IMG/VR virus record: IMGVR_UViG_3300008262_003578
From: a virus
Direction: 5' to 3' (one strand)
Length of the DNA: 64,000 bases
Made by a program: the position numbers and the translations under genes. The notes beneath the pieces were generated by a model, which searched no databases, was not told where the DNA came from, and saw nothing but the letters and a program-made list of their open reading frames with translations. Below are positions 59,492-64,000 of this stretch, piece after piece. How positions within the stretch are numbered: position 1 is the stretch's first letter; each line of letters begins with the position of its first letter.

Positions 59492-60823
59492 ATGTCATTT
59501 TCAATAATCATATCAAGTGTTAATTACAACGGACAGGTTGGGGATATTACTTTTTATCCTTTAACTGGTGGGACTATAAATATAGGTCTTCAAACTATAC
59601 CGTATACTTATTTTACTGACTATCCATATGGAACATATGATATCTATTTTTCTTTTTACAATAAAACTTGTTCGTCAACAATAATTCCACCAACACCCAC
59701 ACCTACCAATACTCCTACTGAAACCCCTACCAATACTCCTACTGAAACCCCAACTAATACTCCAACAGAAACTCCGACTAATACTCCTACCAATACACCA
59801 ACTGAAACACCAACTAATACGCCCACCGAAACACCTACTAGTACACCTACTGAAACTCCGACTAGCACACCAACTGAAACGCCAACTAACACTCCTACTA
59901 ACACCCCTACAGAAACGCCGACCAATACCCCTACAGAAACTCCAACCAATACTCCTACAGAAACTCTAACACCCACTCCTACTGAAACACCAACTGAAAC
60001 GCCAACTGAAACGCCAACTAATACTCCTACCGAAACCCCTACCAATACACCAACTAATACACCAACTGAAACGCCAACTAATACTCCTACTGAAACACCA
60101 ACTGAAACGCCAACTGAAACGCCAACTAATACTCCTACCGAAACCCCTACCAATACTCCAACTAATACACCAACTGAAACGCCAACTAATACTCCTACCG
60201 AAACCCCTACCAATACTCCTACTGAAACACCAACTAATACCCCTACCAATACACCGACAGAAACCCCTACTAATACACCTACTGAAACTCCTACTAGTAC
60301 ACCAACAGAAACTCCGACAAACACGCCAACCCCGACTGAAACACCAACTAATACTCCTACTAACACTCCTACCGAAACCCCTACTAATACACCTAGCTCG
60401 TCAATAACACCTACACCAACTGAAACACCAACTGAAACCCCAACTAATACTCCTACCGAAACCCCTACTAATACACCTAGCTCGTCAATAACACCTACAC
60501 CAACTGAAACACCAACTAATACTCCTACTAACACTCCTACCGAAACCCCTACTAATACACCTAGCTCGTCAATAACACCTACACCAACTGAAACACCAAC
60601 TAATACTCCTACACCAACACCAACAGAAACACCTACTAATACACCTAGCTCGTCAATAACACCAACCCCGACTGAAACACCTACTAATACACCAACACCT
60701 AGTGTTACCCCAACAATGACAGTAACTCCAACACAAGTCGCTAGCTTATTATTATTACAAGATGGTAGTCCTATAACACTACAAGACGGTTCGGGAGGAA
60801 TTAAATTACAGTTTAGTTTATAA
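59492..60823 (+). CDS. near-pure mucin-like protein (TETPTNTP)n
   Basis: N-terminal module shared with 57667, about 350 aa of repeats, short LLLQDGS..LQDG tail. Confidence 0.8.
   Translation: MSFSIIISSVNYNGQVGDITFYPLTGGTINIGLQTIPYTYFTDYPYGTYDIYFSFYNKTCSSTIIPPTPTPTNTPTETPTNTPTETPTNTPTETPTNTPTNTPTETPTNTPTETPTSTPTETPTSTPTETPTNTPTNTPTETPTNTPTETPTNTPTETLTPTPTETPTETPTETPTNTPTETPTNTPTNTPTETPTNTPTETPTETPTETPTNTPTETPTNTPTNTPTETPTNTPTETPTNTPTETPTNTPTNTPTETPTNTPTETPTSTPTETPTNTPTPTETPTNTPTNTPTETPTNTPSSSITPTPTETPTETPTNTPTETPTNTPSSSITPTPTETPTNTPTNTPTETPTNTPSSSITPTPTETPTNTPTPTPTETPTNTPSSSITPTPTETPTNTPTPSVTPTMTVTPTQVASLLLLQDGSPITLQDGSGGIKLQFSL
59687..60735 (+). repeat. about 1 kb degenerate 12/24-bp tandem array encoding TETP/TNTP
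   Basis: dozens of ACN-GAA-ACN-CCN / ACN-AAY-ACN-CCN units. Confidence 0.95.
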
Positions 60824-60870
60824 TAGTCTATACCATAAAATTATGACTACTATATTTATCTAATAGGACT

Positions 60871-62298
60871 ATGCAAATTATTGAAATCACAAGTGTTACA
60901 GGAACTTCACCTTATGATATTATTATATGTGATATAACATATACGTATTGTTATACTGCAGACACTGGAGTAGTTTCAATCCCCCCAACATTGTATGTTA
61001 ATTTACCAATAGAATTGTATGGTTCCCAAAGTGTAATTGTGAAAATAGTTGATTCGTTAGGATGTGAAGAAATCCAATTTGTGGAATGTCCGCCGACACC
61101 AACTCCAACCCCAACACTGACTATAACACCAACAATAACACCAACAAATGCTAATTGTGTTTGTTTAACGTTTACAAACCCAACCTTGAGTACATTAGGG
61201 TTTAGTTATACTAATTGTGATAATGGAGTGGTTAGTTTTACAATTAACCCTTTAACTATCATATATGTATGTGGTTCAAACCCTGTTTATGACTCAGGAG
61301 TTGAGGTAACTATTGGGTCTTATTGTGTTGGGAACGTATGTCCACAACCAACACCAACACCGACCGCAACTCAAACACCAACACCGACTATACCAGGTAT
61401 AATCGGTTCATTTGTTAGCTGTTGCGACTCAAATATAGAATTTAAAGTTAGTAATATACCATATTATCATTATCCATTATCGGGAGTTTATTATATTGTT
61501 AGTTCAGGGTTTCAAGGATGCGCAACATATATACCAACAACGACATCAACAAATATATACGTATGTTCATTAATAGGTTCCCAACCCGATTGTTATTTTT
61601 GTGATATATCTCACCCTGATGTTTTATGTCCTACATCTACACCAACACCTACTAACACCCCAACTGTAACGTCAACACCAACACCTACACCAACTAATAG
61701 TGTTATTTTTGTTAAAAGAGTCGCATTAGATTGTTGTACTATGGAGGGTAAAGTCATCAGCGTACCTTCATATTTAACGTCAGGTGATATTGTAAAAGCA
61801 ACTAATGGTAATTGTTATACTTTATTAGTAACAACACCAGCAAGTGCTAATATAATTTGGGATGGAACAAGCTACGGTGATTGTGAATCTTGTATTACTT
61901 GCCCAACACCAACACCAACACCAACCGAGACGCCAACTAATACCCCAACACCTACTAATACGCCGACTAACACTGTTACATCAACACCATTATTAGTGGT
62001 TTGTTTCCAGTATACTTACTCAACATTTTTAGGTGATTCTGACACAATTTATCAAACAGGATACTATAACTCTAAACCTTACTACACTTTAACTTATGGT
62101 TTTGTTTGGTTTGATATTGGCACATCTTTATGGATTTGGTCAACTTTATTAGGTGGTGGTATTACTTTAGATACATTAAATAATGGGGGATTATTCTACC
62201 CGTATTGTTGTTCATTCTCCCCGTCATATCCTAATTGGGATAACATTAATTCACCTTCTGATTTTATGTCAGTTTCAAGTGTAGGGGGATGTGCTTAA
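60871..62298 (+). CDS. Cys-rich modular protein with Pro/Thr linkers
   Basis: four PTPT linkers separating small Cys-containing modules. Confidence 0.75.
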   Translation: MQIIEITSVTGTSPYDIIICDITYTYCYTADTGVVSIPPTLYVNLPIELYGSQSVIVKIVDSLGCEEIQFVECPPTPTPTPTLTITPTITPTNANCVCLTFTNPTLSTLGFSYTNCDNGVVSFTINPLTIIYVCGSNPVYDSGVEVTIGSYCVGNVCPQPTPTPTATQTPTPTIPGIIGSFVSCCDSNIEFKVSNIPYYHYPLSGVYYIVSSGFQGCATYIPTTTSTNIYVCSLIGSQPDCYFCDISHPDVLCPTSTPTPTNTPTVTSTPTPTPTNSVIFVKRVALDCCTMEGKVISVPSYLTSGDIVKATNGNCYTLLVTTPASANIIWDGTSYGDCESCITCPTPTPTPTETPTNTPTPTNTPTNTVTSTPLLVVCFQYTYSTFLGDSDTIYQTGYYNSKPYYTLTYGFVWFDIGTSLWIWSTLLGGGITLDTLNNGGLFYPYCCSFSPSYPNWDNINSPSDFMSVSSVGGCA

Positions 62299-62359
62299 AT
62301 AAGTGAAATTATATTTATTTTTTAATTTGTAAGGTTATTTTTTTCATAAAAAGTTAACT

Positions 62360-63607
62360 ATGAAAATATTTGTTCAGATTGCCTCATATAGAGACCCCCA
62401 ACTTATCCCTACAATTAAAAGTATGATTGAAAATGCTAAACGACCAAAAAACTTGGTTATTGGTATTTGTAGACAATATCACCCTGAAGATGGTTTTGAT
62501 TCTTTGGAGGAATATTCAAAAGATAAACGATTTAGAGTTGTTGATGTTTTATATTCAGAATCTAAAGGTGTTTGTTGGGCGAGAAATCAAGTCCAACAAT
62601 TATATGGTGGTGAAGAATACACTCTTCAGATAGATTCCCATATGAGATTTGAAAAGGATTGGGACGACACTCTAATTAAGATGGTTAAACAACTTCAAAA
62701 GAAAGGGTTCGAAAAACCTTTACTAACGGGATATGTTTCATCATTTAATCCTGAGAATGACCCCGCGGAAAGAATAAGAGAACCTTGGCGAATGGTGTTT
62801 GATAGATTTATACCTGAAGGTGCGGTATTTTTCTTACCTGAGACAATACCTGGCTGGGATAAATTAAAGGAACCAATCCCTGCAAGATTTTATTCCGCTC
62901 ATTTTGCGTTTACATTAGGTAAGTTTAGTGAAGAGGTACAACACGACCCTGAGTTTTATTTTCACGGAGAAGAGATTTCAATAGCGGCAAGAGCATATAC
63001 TCACGGATATGATTTGTTTCACCCTCATAAAGTAGTTATTTGGCACGAGTATACAAGAAAAGGTCGTGTAAAACAATGGGATGATGATAAAGATTGGGGT
63101 ACTAAAAATAATGTGTCTCACGCAAAAAACAGACAATTATTTGCTATGGATGGTGAAGAGGTAACCATTGATTTCGGAAACTATGGTTTTGGAACCGAAA
63201 GAACTTTAAGAGATTATGAAATATATTCAGGACTTTTGTTTTCAAGAAGAGCAGTGCAACAATATACTTTAGATAAACAATATCCACCTAACCCACACAT
63301 TTATGAAACTGAAGAAGAGTGGTTGAGTAGTTTTGCAACAATATTCAAACATTGTATTGATATTGGTTATGATAGTGTACCTGAAGATGATTATGATTTT
63401 TGGGTGGTTGCCTTCCACGATGAAAATGATGAAACTATCTATAGACAAGATGCCGACCCAGGAGAAATCCAAAGAATGAAAAATGACCCTGATGGTTATT
63501 GTAAAGTGTGGAGGCAGTTTCAAACAACACATAAACCATCTTATTGGGTTGTTTGGCCGTATTCCAAGTCTAAAGGATGGTGTGACCGATTAACAGGAAA
63601 TTTATAA
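62360..63607 (+). CDS. GT60-type UDP-GlcNAc:polypeptide GlcNAc-transferase (Pfam GlcNAc family-like)
   Basis: IFVQIASYRDPQL..T, GVCWAR, LQIDSHMRF...WD (DxH), FHGEEI...R.YT.GYD.F.P...V.WH.Y. Confidence 0.85.
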   Translation: MKIFVQIASYRDPQLIPTIKSMIENAKRPKNLVIGICRQYHPEDGFDSLEEYSKDKRFRVVDVLYSESKGVCWARNQVQQLYGGEEYTLQIDSHMRFEKDWDDTLIKMVKQLQKKGFEKPLLTGYVSSFNPENDPAERIREPWRMVFDRFIPEGAVFFLPETIPGWDKLKEPIPARFYSAHFAFTLGKFSEEVQHDPEFYFHGEEISIAARAYTHGYDLFHPHKVVIWHEYTRKGRVKQWDDDKDWGTKNNVSHAKNRQLFAMDGEEVTIDFGNYGFGTERTLRDYEIYSGLLFSRRAVQQYTLDKQYPPNPHIYETEEEWLSSFATIFKHCIDIGYDSVPEDDYDFWVVAFHDENDETIYRQDADPGEIQRMKNDPDGYCKVWRQFQTTHKPSYWVVWPYSKSKGWCDRLTGNL

Positions 63608-63611
63608 TTTA

Positions 63612-64000
63612 ATGGAAGATATTAACTATTCAGTTTGTATAACTACCTTCTCAAGAAGGTATTCGTATGTGGAAAAATTAGTGACCCAAGTTAGGGAATT
63701 AACTAACTGCGATATATTAATTGCGGTCAATGGTGATTATAAACAAGATTTTAACAATGATTACCGAAAACAAATTTTAGAATTATGTTTAAAATTTGAT
63801 AACGTGTTCCCAATATTTTTTCCAGAACAAAGAGGTTTATCTAAGTTGTGGAATACTTTGGTGGTTCACAGTAAACAAGATTGGTGTTTAGTATTAAACG
63901 ATGATGTTGAATTAGACAACGATGAGGTATTTAAACTTACAATACCTGGTTTAGGGGACAAACCTGATTTACGAAGAATTAACGGTTCTTTCTCGCATTT
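63612..64000 (+). CDS. GT-A/GT2-like glycosyltransferase (partial, runs off window end)
   Basis: MEDINYSVCITTFSRR...GLSKLWN...WCLVLNDDVE, open to the window end. Confidence 0.65.
   Translation, partial: MEDINYSVCITTFSRRYSYVEKLVTQVRELTNCDILIAVNGDYKQDFNNDYRKQILELCLKFDNVFPIFFPEQRGLSKLWNTLVVHSKQDWCLVLNDDVELDNDEVFKLTIPGLGDKPDLRRINGSFSH

Noticed and set aside
59656-60534. 292-aa antisense ORF (VGVLVGVS)n, and similar ones at 55692, 56334 and 53814
   Set aside because: These are shadows of the Thr/Pro repeat codons on the opposite strand and have no independent coding signal
55860-62000. CRISPR array or tandem non-coding repeats
   Set aside because: The repeats are in frame, vary at synonymous positions and lack unique spacers
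1-64000. Alternative genetic code (TAG/TGA recoding), as seen in some large phages
   Set aside because: Conserved genes are full length and tightly packed under code 11; the only broken gene is explained by a 2-bp indel
1-64000. Giant-virus or host chromosomal origin suggested by the GT60, papain and glycan genes
   Set aside because: The T4-like portal, protease, capsid and terminase genes and the shared upstream motif support a tailed phage, although chimerism was not tested

Overview
This window is part of a large, AT-rich tailed-phage genome read in standard code 11. It has a T4-like head module: terminase large subunit, portal, prohead protease, scaffold and major capsid protein. A Bacteroidota host is inferred from a Bacteroidota-type ribosomal protein bS21, a tmRNA whose tag resumes at Gly, and A-rich translation starts with no Shine-Dalgarno sequence. 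Layout: (1) 1-6.5 kb, tmRNA, Zn peptidase, an N-domain-less Clp ATPase, a KTSC protein and a nucleotidyltransferase. (2) 6.5-25.7 kb, head genes, bS21, two HNH-like genes and several proteins sharing a basic/acidic N-terminal leader. (3) 25.7-34 kb (minus strand), a beta-propeller, a gp5/spike-like protein and a sigma-like factor. (4) 34-50 kb (minus strand), a glycan-biosynthesis cluster (GDP-fucose pathway, C- and O-methyltransferases, many glycosyltransferases) interleaved with PhoH, dUTPase and an exonuclease. (5) 52.8-64 kb (plus strand), a Cys-rich protein ending in a papain-like domain, four mucin-like Thr/Pro-repeat proteins, then a GT60-type polypeptide GlcNAc-transferase and another glycosyltransferase. 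The best candidate for an undescribed system is phage-encoded mucin-type O-glycosylation of virion fibres. All family assignments come from motif recognition by eye; no database search was run.
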